From positions 1 to 57,292 of the forward strand of contig JAEZSJ010000363.1 of assembly GCA_023443985.1 (NCBI GenBank): a stretch of DNA of 57,292 nucleotides, written 5' to 3'. Each line of letters starts with the position of its first letter. Position 1 is the first letter of the stretch. Of the stretch, positions 45,460 through 54,004 are shown piece after piece. Below the pieces are notes generated by a model. That model had not been told where the DNA came from, searched no databases, and saw only the letters and a program-made list of their open reading frames with translations. The stretch is from Verrucomicrobiota bacterium (lineage in GTDB: Bacteria > Verrucomicrobiota > Verrucomicrobiia > Opitutales > Opitutaceae). The translations under genes were made by a program, and so were the position numbers.

Positions 45460-47586
45460 TCATCGCATCGCCGGATCGCCGGGCACGTACTGCAGGCGGA
45501 AGTTGATGAAGTGTTCGAGCGGCTGCGTGGCCGGCTCGACGCCCGCCGGCAGCGGCCGCTTCGAGAAGGTTTGGAAATAGAGCAGGCAGCCGTCGCGCCA
45601 GAACGCCGCGTCCTTCTCCTGCCGGCGCAGCAGTTGTTCGACGTGGGTGTGGCGCCCGTGGTCGATGCGACCGGCGATCGCCGCCCACTCTTGGCGCCAG
45701 CCGCGCACGCCGTCCACGCCGGACTGATACCGCCGCGCGAGCTCGTCCCAAAGCGTTCGCCCCGAGACAAGTGGCCGGTCCCACGGCACGTGGTGGAACC
45801 AGAGCAGGTACTTCTCGGGGCAGCGCGCCGGATCGCCGAAGAGTTGGGCGACTTCCGGCCGGTACTGGGCGACGGCGTTGGAGCCGGTGGCGGTGCGGTC
45901 GAAGCCGACACCGTGTTCGTCGGCGCGATGGTAGTACACGGACGTCCAGTCGGGCCGGCCGGACTTGGCGACCCAGGGGCCGGGGCCGTAGTGGTGGCCC
46001 TCGGCCATGATGTGATGGAGCCCCAGCGGCATCGAATAGTTCACGACCGTCTCGTGCGAGGCGAGCAGCATGGCCGCGACGGTGCGCACGACCTCGGGAT
46101 CGTTGCCGAACGTCAGGCGCGTCCACTCGTCGGCGAGGGCGGCCGAGGGGAGCGAATGATCCCAGGCGAGGCGGCCGAAGGCGTACCAGTTGGCGGCGGC
46201 GAGCGGGTGGCCAGTCCAATTGCGTACATCGCCGGTGTTGGCGACGCCGGCGATGCAGGAGTCGGCGTGGTTGTCGACGGAACCGTCCACCACGCGGGCG
46301 ACGGTCGAGCCGGCACCGGCGCAGTAGGTGTCCGCATCCAAAGTTTCCTTCCACATTGGGGCGAGGAACGCGAGCTGGAGGGCGCCGCCGAGGTATTCCT
46401 GCGCGATCTGCAGCTCGGGCGCGAGCGGCGTGCGCGGCATCGCGCCGAAGAGCGGGTGGAACGGCTCGCGCGGCATGAAGTCGATCGCACCGTTCTTCAC
46501 CTGCACAAAGACGTTCGGCCGGAAGTTGCCGTCGAGCGGTGTGAACTCGGTGTAGGCCTGCTTGTGCCGGTCGTCGGGAGCCTCGTGGCTGTAGACGAAG
46601 GCGCGCCAGATCACCACGCCGCCGTGCGGCGCGAGCGCGTCGGCGAGCAGGTTCGCGCCCTCGGCGTGCGTGCGGCCGTAGTCCTGCGGCCCGGGCTGGC
46701 CCTCGGAGTTGGCCTTCACGAGGAAACCGCCGAAGTCGGGCACGTGGCGGTAGATTTCGTCGACCTTGTTGCGCCACCACAGGCGCACGGCGGGATTCAG
46801 CGGATCGGCGGTGGGCAGGCCGCCGATCTCCTTCGGGGCGCTGAAGCGGGCCGTAAGGTAGACGCGGACACCGTAGGGGCGGAAGACATTGGCCAGCGCG
46901 GCGACCTTCTGCAGGTAGGGCTCGGTGAGGATGGTGGCGTTGGCGTTGACGTTGTTGAGCACGGTGCCGTTGAGCCCGACCGAGGCGCAGGCGCGGGCAT
47001 AGTCGACGTAACGGGGGTCAACGACCTCGGGCAGCTCGAACCATTTCCAGAGCGAGTGGCCGGCCTGGCCGCGCTCGATGGTGCCGGTGAGATTGTCCCA
47101 GTGATTGAGCATACGGCGCTTGATGCGCGGGGCGCCGGCGAGCCCGTCGAGCTCCGCCACCGGACGGGCGGTCTGGAGTTGGCGCAGCAGCGCGAAAACA
47201 CCGTAGAGCGCGCCGCTGTCGCGATTGGCGGCGATCACCACGCGCGGGGCGCTCCCCTGCTCCAGCCGTAAGGCGTAGGCGTCGTCGCCGCCGGGGACCG
47301 GTTGCGCGAGCGGCTCCGCGACGGTGTCGATGGCGACTTCGCGTCCGAGCAGACCGGACAAGCCGTTCCGCAGCTCGCTCGCCGCGGTGATGAGCGTGGG
47401 CGAGCTCGGCGTGTCCGCCGGCAAGGCGAAGGACACCCGGCCCAGCGCCTGTGTGTAGCTGGCGCGCAGGACTTCGTCGGTCATGGGTTCGTACCGCAGC
47501 CAGAGACGGTAGCCGTCCTCGGCGCGGGTGAGCGCGGTCGCAGCAAGGAACAGGAGGAGGCAACGGGCGAGAGCGACGAGTTTCAT
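45460..47586 (-). CDS. aguA: GH67 alpha-glucuronidase
   Basis: 708 aa with a signal peptide. EDGYRLWLRY, RMLNHWDNL.G.IERG and FGGFLVKANSEGQPGP are GH67 hallmarks. Confidence 0.9.
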   Translation of the reverse strand: MKLVALARCLLLFLAATALTRAEDGYRLWLRYEPMTDEVLRASYTQALGRVSFALPADTPSSPTLITAASELRNGLSGLLGREVAIDTVAEPLAQPVPGGDDAYALRLEQGSAPRVVIAANRDSGALYGVFALLRQLQTARPVAELDGLAGAPRIKRRMLNHWDNLTGTIERGQAGHSLWKWFELPEVVDPRYVDYARACASVGLNGTVLNNVNANATILTEPYLQKVAALANVFRPYGVRVYLTARFSAPKEIGGLPTADPLNPAVRLWWRNKVDEIYRHVPDFGGFLVKANSEGQPGPQDYGRTHAEGANLLADALAPHGGVVIWRAFVYSHEAPDDRHKQAYTEFTPLDGNFRPNVFVQVKNGAIDFMPREPFHPLFGAMPRTPLAPELQIAQEYLGGALQLAFLAPMWKETLDADTYCAGAGSTVARVVDGSVDNHADSCIAGVANTGDVRNWTGHPLAAANWYAFGRLAWDHSLPSAALADEWTRLTFGNDPEVVRTVAAMLLASHETVVNYSMPLGLHHIMAEGHHYGPGPWVAKSGRPDWTSVYYHRADEHGVGFDRTATGSNAVAQYRPEVAQLFGDPARCPEKYLLWFHHVPWDRPLVSGRTLWDELARRYQSGVDGVRGWRQEWAAIAGRIDHGRHTHVEQLLRRQEKDAAFWRDGCLLYFQTFSKRPLPAGVEPATQPLEHFINFRLQYVPGDPAMR

Positions 47587-47607
47587 CGGGAGCGAGGAGT
47601 CGGGCGT

Positions 47608-48834
47608 TCAGGGGGTGCGCGGCCCGTGGATCTGGTACCGTCCACCAACTTGCATCAGGGCCAGGAAGTAAAGCAGACCATCGTAGTAGCGTTTGTTCCC
47701 CGAAGGGATGGGCATGTCCCAGAGGCGCTGGACGAACAGCTTGGCCGCTTCGTTGTCGGCGGCGAGAGCGCCCACCGCCGCCATCGCGGGGAGCCCGGGC
47801 GAATAGTCTTGGGTGAGCGGCCGGCCGTCGAGCGTGTAGTTGTTCGGCAGATTCGGGCCTTGGGCGGCGAGGAAGGTGAGCACGCGGTTGCTCTGCTCCA
47901 CCTGCCACGGGTCGCGGCCGAACCACGCCCAGTCGAGCGCCACGTTGCCGATCGTGCGGAACGCATCGAAGAGGAAATGCTCGTGGCCGCCGAGCACGAA
48001 GGGCGTGCCGTCGAAGTTCGCATAGTCCGGCATCAACCCGGTGGTCGGGTGCGCGGCGGCGCGGAAGTGCCTGCGGCTGACCTCGGCCGCTTCGGCCAGG
48101 AACGCGCGATCCGCGGGATCGGCGGCCCAGCGGGCCCAGAGCTCGTAGAACGCCGGCAGGTGGTAGGACGGATCGGTGAACTGGCTGCCGCGGCCGTGCG
48201 GCACGAAGACGATCTGCTTGTGCTCGCGGTTGAACATCGGGGTGACCGCATCGTCGGCGTCGTCGCTCTTGTGGAGCATGTCGCGCAGAAGCGTCTGCGC
48301 CTCCTGCTCGTAGTTGAAAATCCCCTCTCCATTGCCCCAGCGGTGCGCGGCGAAGAAGAGCGCCATGACGAACCACTCCTCGCCGTCGGGCGCAGGGCCC
48401 TGGCTGATGCGGGTACCGTCGTAGCGGCAGTGCCACGCGAAGTAGCCGGCGAGCGGGCCTTCGGTGTGGGCCATGTAACGCTTCGTCCAGCGCCAGATGC
48501 GGTCAAACTCCGCCTGCTGGTCGAGCTGCACGGCGAGCATCATCCCATACGACTGCCCCTCGGTGCGCACGTCGTTGTTGTTGATGTCGGGCACGTAGGT
48601 CATGCCGTCGGCCGTGGTGTAGAAGAGTCGCTCGGTGGCGGGATCGCCGAGCGTGAACTGTCGCCAGGCGGCGGCGAGCTTGGCATCGAGCTCCGCCTCC
48701 GTCTTGCCGAGGTGCGCGGCGAAGAGGTTGCGGTAGCGGCCGGACTCGATGGCGGGAACCGGCACATCGGCGGCAGGCATGGAGGCGGTCAACACCAGCC
48801 CACACCCGAGAAGCGTGGATTTGAGGAGATGCAT
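47608..48834 (-). CDS. GH8 glycoside hydrolase (reducing-end xylose-releasing exo-oligoxylanase-like)
   Basis: ATG at 48834 with a signal peptide. RTEGQSYGMMLAVQLD, PDGEEWF and DPSYHLPAFYELWA motifs. Confidence 0.88.
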   Translation of the reverse strand: MHLLKSTLLGCGLVLTASMPAADVPVPAIESGRYRNLFAAHLGKTEAELDAKLAAAWRQFTLGDPATERLFYTTADGMTYVPDINNNDVRTEGQSYGMMLAVQLDQQAEFDRIWRWTKRYMAHTEGPLAGYFAWHCRYDGTRISQGPAPDGEEWFVMALFFAAHRWGNGEGIFNYEQEAQTLLRDMLHKSDDADDAVTPMFNREHKQIVFVPHGRGSQFTDPSYHLPAFYELWARWAADPADRAFLAEAAEVSRRHFRAAAHPTTGLMPDYANFDGTPFVLGGHEHFLFDAFRTIGNVALDWAWFGRDPWQVEQSNRVLTFLAAQGPNLPNNYTLDGRPLTQDYSPGLPAMAAVGALAADNEAAKLFVQRLWDMPIPSGNKRYYDGLLYFLALMQVGGRYQIHGPRTP

Positions 48835-48878
48835 AGGGGAATGCGGGTACCTCCGATGGCTCGGAGGGAGGGCGGACC

Positions 48879-48960
48879 GACAGAAAGGCAACGAGGATAA
48901 CGAAGGTTTCGGAAGGGGAAGCCGGTGACCGCTTCTTCGTTTCCTTCGTTCCCTTCTGTC
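48879..48960 (-). repeat. Dispersed repeat copy B, folded as a long imperfect inverted repeat (about 28-bp stem, 25-nt loop)
   Basis: Arms at 48879-48906 and 48932-48960. About 22 Watson-Crick pairs plus 2 G-U pairs by hand. The core 48934-48960 matches copy A at 25 of 27 positions. Lies between the two GH8 genes. Confidence 0.7.
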
Positions 48961-48970
48961 ATCCAGTTGC

Positions 48971-50206
48971 TCAGGGTTGCGCCGCGGGCGGCGCGTGGAT
49001 CTGAAACCGGCCGCCGGCCTCGAGCAGGGCGAGGAAATAGAGCAGGCCGTTGTAGTAGCGCCAGCGGCCCTCGGGCGGCGGCGCGTCCCACAGACGCTGC
49101 ACGAAGGGGCGCGCGTTCTCCGGATCCGCAGCGAGCCCGGCGACCGCGGCCATGGCGAACAGCCCGATCGAGTCGTCGGTCGAGATCGGTTTACCCTCGA
49201 GTGTGTAGCGGTCGGGGATGAACGCGCCCTGGGAGTTCAGGAACCGCAGCACGCGGTTGCTCTGCTCGATCTGCCACGGATCGGCCGCGAACCACGCGTG
49301 GTCGAGCGCCACGTGGGCGAGCGTGCGCCAGGCGTCGTATTGAAACGTTCCTTTCTCCCCGGCCAGCGGGCGGCCGTCGAAATGCGCGTACTCGGACATC
49401 AGTCCGGTCTGCGGGTGCGCGGCCTTGCGGAAATACGCGCGGCTGACAGTGGCGCACTCGGCCCAGAAACGGCGTCCCTCCTCCGTGCGATCCCAGCGCG
49501 CCCACAGCTCATAGTAGAACGGCAGGTGGTAGGAGGGGTCGGAAAAGCGGCTGGCCTCGGTGGTGGGCGAGAAGACGACTTGGCGCTGATGCGCATCGAA
49601 GATCGCGGTGATGCCGCCGCCCCGGTTGTTGTCGCGCATCGCATCGAGGACCGCTTGCGCCTCGGCGGCGTAGTCGATGTCGCCGGGAACAGAGCCCCAG
49701 CGGTTCGCCGCGAAGAGCAGCGTCATCGCGAACCACTCCTCGCCATCGCTGGCGGAACCCGGGTCGATGATCGTGCCGTCGAACCGACACTGCCAGGCGA
49801 AGTAGCCGCGGCGCGGGCCTTCGGCGTGGTACATGTGGGCCTTCACCCAGCGCCAGAGGCGGTCGAACTCGGCGCGTTTGTCCAGCTGCACCGCGAGCAT
49901 CATCCCGTAGGACATGCCCTCGCTGCGGACATCCTGGTTGCCGATGTCGGCGATGTAGGCCTGGCCGGTGCCGACCGGATAGAAGAGGCGTTGGTCCGCG
50001 TCGCGGCCTGCGAAGAAATGAGCCCAGGCGGCATCGATCTTCGCCTGCACCTCGACGTCGGACTTGCCGAGGAGTTCGGTGAAGAGGTTGCGGTGCTGGC
50101 CGGTGGCGAAGGCGCCGGCCTCGGGCGTGGCCGGCTCCGTCGCGCAGCCGGAGAGGCCGGCTGCGAGGAGGAACGCGGCGAGAGCGATGAAGCGGCGCAG
50201 TGGCAT
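48971..50206 (-). CDS. GH8 glycoside hydrolase, lipoprotein paralog
   Basis: ATG at 50206 (the track start at 50215 is TTG). MPLRRFIALAAFLLAAGLSGC lipobox. RSEGMSYGMMLAVQLD and DPSYHLPFYYELWA motifs. Confidence 0.88.
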   Translation of the reverse strand: MPLRRFIALAAFLLAAGLSGCATEPATPEAGAFATGQHRNLFTELLGKSDVEVQAKIDAAWAHFFAGRDADQRLFYPVGTGQAYIADIGNQDVRSEGMSYGMMLAVQLDKRAEFDRLWRWVKAHMYHAEGPRRGYFAWQCRFDGTIIDPGSASDGEEWFAMTLLFAANRWGSVPGDIDYAAEAQAVLDAMRDNNRGGGITAIFDAHQRQVVFSPTTEASRFSDPSYHLPFYYELWARWDRTEEGRRFWAECATVSRAYFRKAAHPQTGLMSEYAHFDGRPLAGEKGTFQYDAWRTLAHVALDHAWFAADPWQIEQSNRVLRFLNSQGAFIPDRYTLEGKPISTDDSIGLFAMAAVAGLAADPENARPFVQRLWDAPPPEGRWRYYNGLLYFLALLEAGGRFQIHAPPAAQP

Positions 50207-50243
50207 GGCGAGCAAGGGGAGAGCCCGGAAGCCGTGGCGCCGC

Positions 50244-51770
50244 TCAGGCCGCGGCTCGTGCGGCGGCGGCCTTCGCGCGACGCTCGTTGAGCTCCTCCGA
50301 CATCCGGAGCGTGAGCGACTTGTTCAGGTTGCACATCGCGATGGCGATCGCACCGCCGAAGAAGAGGAGGCCGACGCCAAAGCTGCTCGAGATGTGGTAA
50401 CCGACGATCGCGTTCGGAGCGCTGGGCGCCGAGGTCTCGTAGCCCCAGAAGCCGCTCATGGCCCAGAGGAACACGGCGGAGCCGAGCGCGAGGCCGGACT
50501 TGAGGGCGAAGCCGATCGTGGCAAAGACCATGCCGGTGAAGCGGCGGCCCGTCTGCCATTCGGAATAGTCGGCGGCATCCGCGTACATCGACCAGGCGCA
50601 GGCGATGGTGGGCGCGTAGACGACGGAGCCGAGCGCGGCGAGGACCACCATGGCCGTGGTGCTCGTCGGCGTGAGCCAGTAGTAGGCGCAGGCGTTGATG
50701 CCGGCGAGGGTGAAGCCCCAACCGATCACGGCCTTCTTGCCGAAGCGCTTGGCGAAGCTCGCGCACAGGATGATGAAGATGATCGTCGTCCCGGTGCCGA
50801 CCATGTTGACGATGCTGTTGAACACATCGGCGACGTTGGCGGGGACATTGTCCGACGTGCCGTGGGCGATGTAGCCGAGCCACGAGTCGAAGAGCGTGCC
50901 GAAGGCGCCCGAGAGCGGAGCCGCATCGGGTGTGGTGAGCCCGATCTTGGCGAGGAAGTTGAACATCGCGCTCTTGTCGGCGAACTGGTGGTAGAGGTTG
51001 TAGTGCGCACCACCACGGTAGGTGAGCATCGCGAAATTGAACACTGTGTAGGCGAGGAGGGCATACCACGCCTTGTTCTTGAGCAGGTCGCGGAAATCCT
51101 GCTTCGGGGATGCCTTCTCCTCGGAGACGGGCTTGATGCGCTCCTTGGTGGTCAGGAAGGTGAGCATGAACAACACGAAGCACAGGACGGCCCAGATCGT
51201 CATGGTCATCTGCCAGCCGTATTGCTTGTCGTGGCCATGGGCGAACTTCGCGACGAGCGGCAGCGTGAAGCCGCCGACGATGAACTGGGCGATGTTGACC
51301 GAGACGAAGCGGTAGGAGTTGAGCTTCGTGCGCTCGTTGAGATCGCCCGTCATGACCGCGCTCAGGGCCGAGTACGGCATGTTGTTCATCGAGTAGAGCG
51401 TCATCAGGACCGTGTTGGTGATGCCGGCGTAGGCGATCATCATGCCCATGCTCCAGCCCTTCGGCGTGGTGTACGCGAGGATCATCACCACCACCCACGG
51501 CACCGAGGTCCAGAGGACCCACGGGCGGAACTTGCCCCAACGGGTGTTCGTGCGGTCCGCCAAGATGCCCATGATCGGGTCAAACGCCGCATCCCAGAGG
51601 CGCGGCCAGAGCAGGATCGCCGCCGCCGCTCCCGCCGAGAGACCAAACACATCGGTGTAGAAGTTCGTCTGGAACAACACCATCGACATGAAGACGAAGT
51701 TGGCCGCGGCGTCGCCGCCGCTGTAGCCGACTTTTTCGAGGAAGGAGAGGCGCTGTGGGGTCTGGCTCAT
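50244..51770 (-). CDS. Glycoside-pentoside-hexuronide (GPH) family cation symporter
   Basis: 508 aa. GYSGGDAAANFVF...WDAAFDPIMGILADRT.TRWGKFRPW is the MelB/XynT-type signature. About 12 TM segments. Confidence 0.9.
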   Translation of the reverse strand: MSQTPQRLSFLEKVGYSGGDAAANFVFMSMVLFQTNFYTDVFGLSAGAAAAILLWPRLWDAAFDPIMGILADRTNTRWGKFRPWVLWTSVPWVVVMILAYTTPKGWSMGMMIAYAGITNTVLMTLYSMNNMPYSALSAVMTGDLNERTKLNSYRFVSVNIAQFIVGGFTLPLVAKFAHGHDKQYGWQMTMTIWAVLCFVLFMLTFLTTKERIKPVSEEKASPKQDFRDLLKNKAWYALLAYTVFNFAMLTYRGGAHYNLYHQFADKSAMFNFLAKIGLTTPDAAPLSGAFGTLFDSWLGYIAHGTSDNVPANVADVFNSIVNMVGTGTTIIFIILCASFAKRFGKKAVIGWGFTLAGINACAYYWLTPTSTTAMVVLAALGSVVYAPTIACAWSMYADAADYSEWQTGRRFTGMVFATIGFALKSGLALGSAVFLWAMSGFWGYETSAPSAPNAIVGYHISSSFGVGLLFFGGAIAIAMCNLNKSLTLRMSEELNERRAKAAAARAAA

Positions 51771-51849
51771 GGAAAGAGGCGAGGTGTTTTCTTTTTCTTC
51801 GGGGGAAACTCGGGGACGGGGGCCGGGGGGGCGGGGCCGGCGCGCTGCG

Positions 51850-53976
51850 CTACTCGCGCAGCCAGAGGATGGTGCTCACGCCGCGCGGATAGTAGCGACT
51901 GCCGCAGACGACGCCGGTCTCGCTGTTGATCTGGTCGCACATGGCGTGCTCGCCGCAGCCGGGGCGGCGCTGCCAGTCGGCGTGCACGCGGTCGGCGGCA
52001 CGGGCGGCATCGGTCATCGCCTCGGGGAAGAGCTCGCGCACGACGTGCTGCGCGATCGCGATCTTGCTGAACCAGGTGTTCGTGCTGGTGCTGCTCATCT
52101 TCCAGGCGCCGGACTTGCCGTCGAGGCAGACGCCGGGGACGAGGATGCCGCGCAGGTGCCGGGAAAGCAGGTCGAGCAGCGGGGCGAAACGGCCGTTGCG
52201 ATCGGTCGCGTCCTTGAGGCCGAGGTAGAGCGGATAGACGAAGCCCTCGACGGCCGGGATGATCCGCGAGCGGTTGCCCTTCTCGAAGACGGCGGGGAAC
52301 GACTGCGTGTCCGGCTCGAACTTCGTGGCGATCGTCCCGGCGAGCAGGTCGGCGGTCGCGCGGGCGGCGGCGGAGTCGGCCTTCAGCCCGAGGCGCTTGA
52401 ACGCCTGTTCGAGCAGGACCCAGGCGCCGAGCGTCTTGACGGAGAGGTAGAGGTTGTTGCGCGCCTGGCCGAGGGAGACGTCGAGGCTGTCGTAGGTGGT
52501 GATCTCGGAGCCGTCGAGGCCGCAGCGGGCGCTGTCGTGCTTCAGGATGCCGTCACGAAGCTTCGGATTCGGATGGTCGCGGCGGCGCAGGCTCTCGGCG
52601 CAGGCGAGCAGCACGGCCTTGCGCCGGCGCAGCCACTTCACGTCGCCGGTCTTCTCGGCGTAGGTCACCGCGCAGAGCACCCAGTTGAGGAGCTGCTCCA
52701 TCGTCATGTGGCTGAAGCAGCCGTGGAGATGGTCGCACTCGTAGCTGGAGTGGCCGGCGGGCGTGAAATGGTTCAGCACGCCCATGTCGTGCGTGAAGGA
52801 GATGCCGCCGGGCACGAGCTTGCCGCCGGCGACGATCTTGTCGGTGTACGAGTAGCGCTCGACGAACTGGTCGAGCACGTTGCGCACGGCCCAGGGCGTC
52901 CACTCGAGTTCCCAGAAGAGCTGGTCGACCGTGAGGTCGAACGTATTCATCATCCGGTACTCGCCCTCGTTCACGACCCAGAGCGGCTTGCCCTGGTGCC
53001 AGAGCAGCTCGGTGCTGCCGAGGTAGCTGTGGGCAGCCTGCGCGAGGAGGAACTTCTGGTCGGCGTCGAGCTTGGCCCGGGCGAGCTCGCGGTCGCGCTG
53101 GGCGGCGATCTTCTCGTACTTCGCCCGGTTCGCCAGCGTGTGCGCGAGCACGTCCTCGAGGCTGGTGAAGAACTCCGTGTAGGCGTAGCGCGCCGGCAGG
53201 CCGGTGGTGACGACGCCGCCCTGGAAGAAGCCGAGCACGAGCGGGAAACGTTTCCGCTGCCCGGCCGGCACTGTGAAAGTGAGCGCGCTCTCCCCGCCGA
53301 TAACATGTACCCCCCGGTAATCTCGGAACTTGGGAGCGAAAACATCAAACCCAAGCCGTTGTCCTACGGCGGAGGAGCGCGCAGTGGCGTAGCCGAAATC
53401 TGGACCGACCGCAAAACCCGGCAGGTTGAGTCCTGCATCCTGCACGGGTCGTTGCAGGCGATCCAGCTCGCCCACGCCAAACATCATCTCGACCGGCTTG
53501 GCGCCGGTCCGGTTGTCGAACTCGATCCAGCCGAGAATGGCCGGGGCGAGCGCGAAGCGGGCTGCCGCGCGCGACAGGGTCGCGGGGTCGGGCAGCTGCG
53601 AGAAAGGGGAAAGCAGGCTGAAGCCGAAACGGCCGGCTTCGGCCCGCCACGTGTCGCTGGCCCAGCCGAGCGCACGTTCGTACTCGGTCGGGGCGAGCAT
53701 CCGGAACCCCGTCGGGGCGACCGAATTGCCCGGATCGGCGCCGGTGAAGGCGCCTTCGTTCGACTGCGGCGGGCGGAAGAACGGCAGCATCTGCCACTCC
53801 GCCCCGGCGGCGCCGGTGCGGTAGCCGACATACACGTTCTGTCGGCCCGCGCCGCGCAACGACTGCCCGAAGCCGCCGGGACTGCCGACCAACCCGATCG
53901 AGAAGCTCGCAAACGCCCCGAAGGGCGCATGCTGCGCGTGGTAACTCTCGACGGCGGGGTTGGCCGGAGCAGGCAT
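51850..53976 (-). CDS. GH52 beta-xylosidase
   Basis: ATG at 53976, 708 aa, no signal peptide. Long identical stretches to the Geobacillus GH52 as I remember it: WVVNEGEYRMMNTFDLTVDQLF, ISFTHDMGV, ITTYDSLDVSLGQARNNLYL, YYPRGV. Confidence 0.9.
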   Translation of the reverse strand: MPAPANPAVESYHAQHAPFGAFASFSIGLVGSPGGFGQSLRGAGRQNVYVGYRTGAAGAEWQMLPFFRPPQSNEGAFTGADPGNSVAPTGFRMLAPTEYERALGWASDTWRAEAGRFGFSLLSPFSQLPDPATLSRAAARFALAPAILGWIEFDNRTGAKPVEMMFGVGELDRLQRPVQDAGLNLPGFAVGPDFGYATARSSAVGQRLGFDVFAPKFRDYRGVHVIGGESALTFTVPAGQRKRFPLVLGFFQGGVVTTGLPARYAYTEFFTSLEDVLAHTLANRAKYEKIAAQRDRELARAKLDADQKFLLAQAAHSYLGSTELLWHQGKPLWVVNEGEYRMMNTFDLTVDQLFWELEWTPWAVRNVLDQFVERYSYTDKIVAGGKLVPGGISFTHDMGVLNHFTPAGHSSYECDHLHGCFSHMTMEQLLNWVLCAVTYAEKTGDVKWLRRRKAVLLACAESLRRRDHPNPKLRDGILKHDSARCGLDGSEITTYDSLDVSLGQARNNLYLSVKTLGAWVLLEQAFKRLGLKADSAAARATADLLAGTIATKFEPDTQSFPAVFEKGNRSRIIPAVEGFVYPLYLGLKDATDRNGRFAPLLDLLSRHLRGILVPGVCLDGKSGAWKMSSTSTNTWFSKIAIAQHVVRELFPEAMTDAARAADRVHADWQRRPGCGEHAMCDQINSETGVVCGSRYYPRGVSTILWLRE

Positions 53977-54004
53977 GGCGGGGGGGGCGCCGCGGGCTGG
54001 ACGA

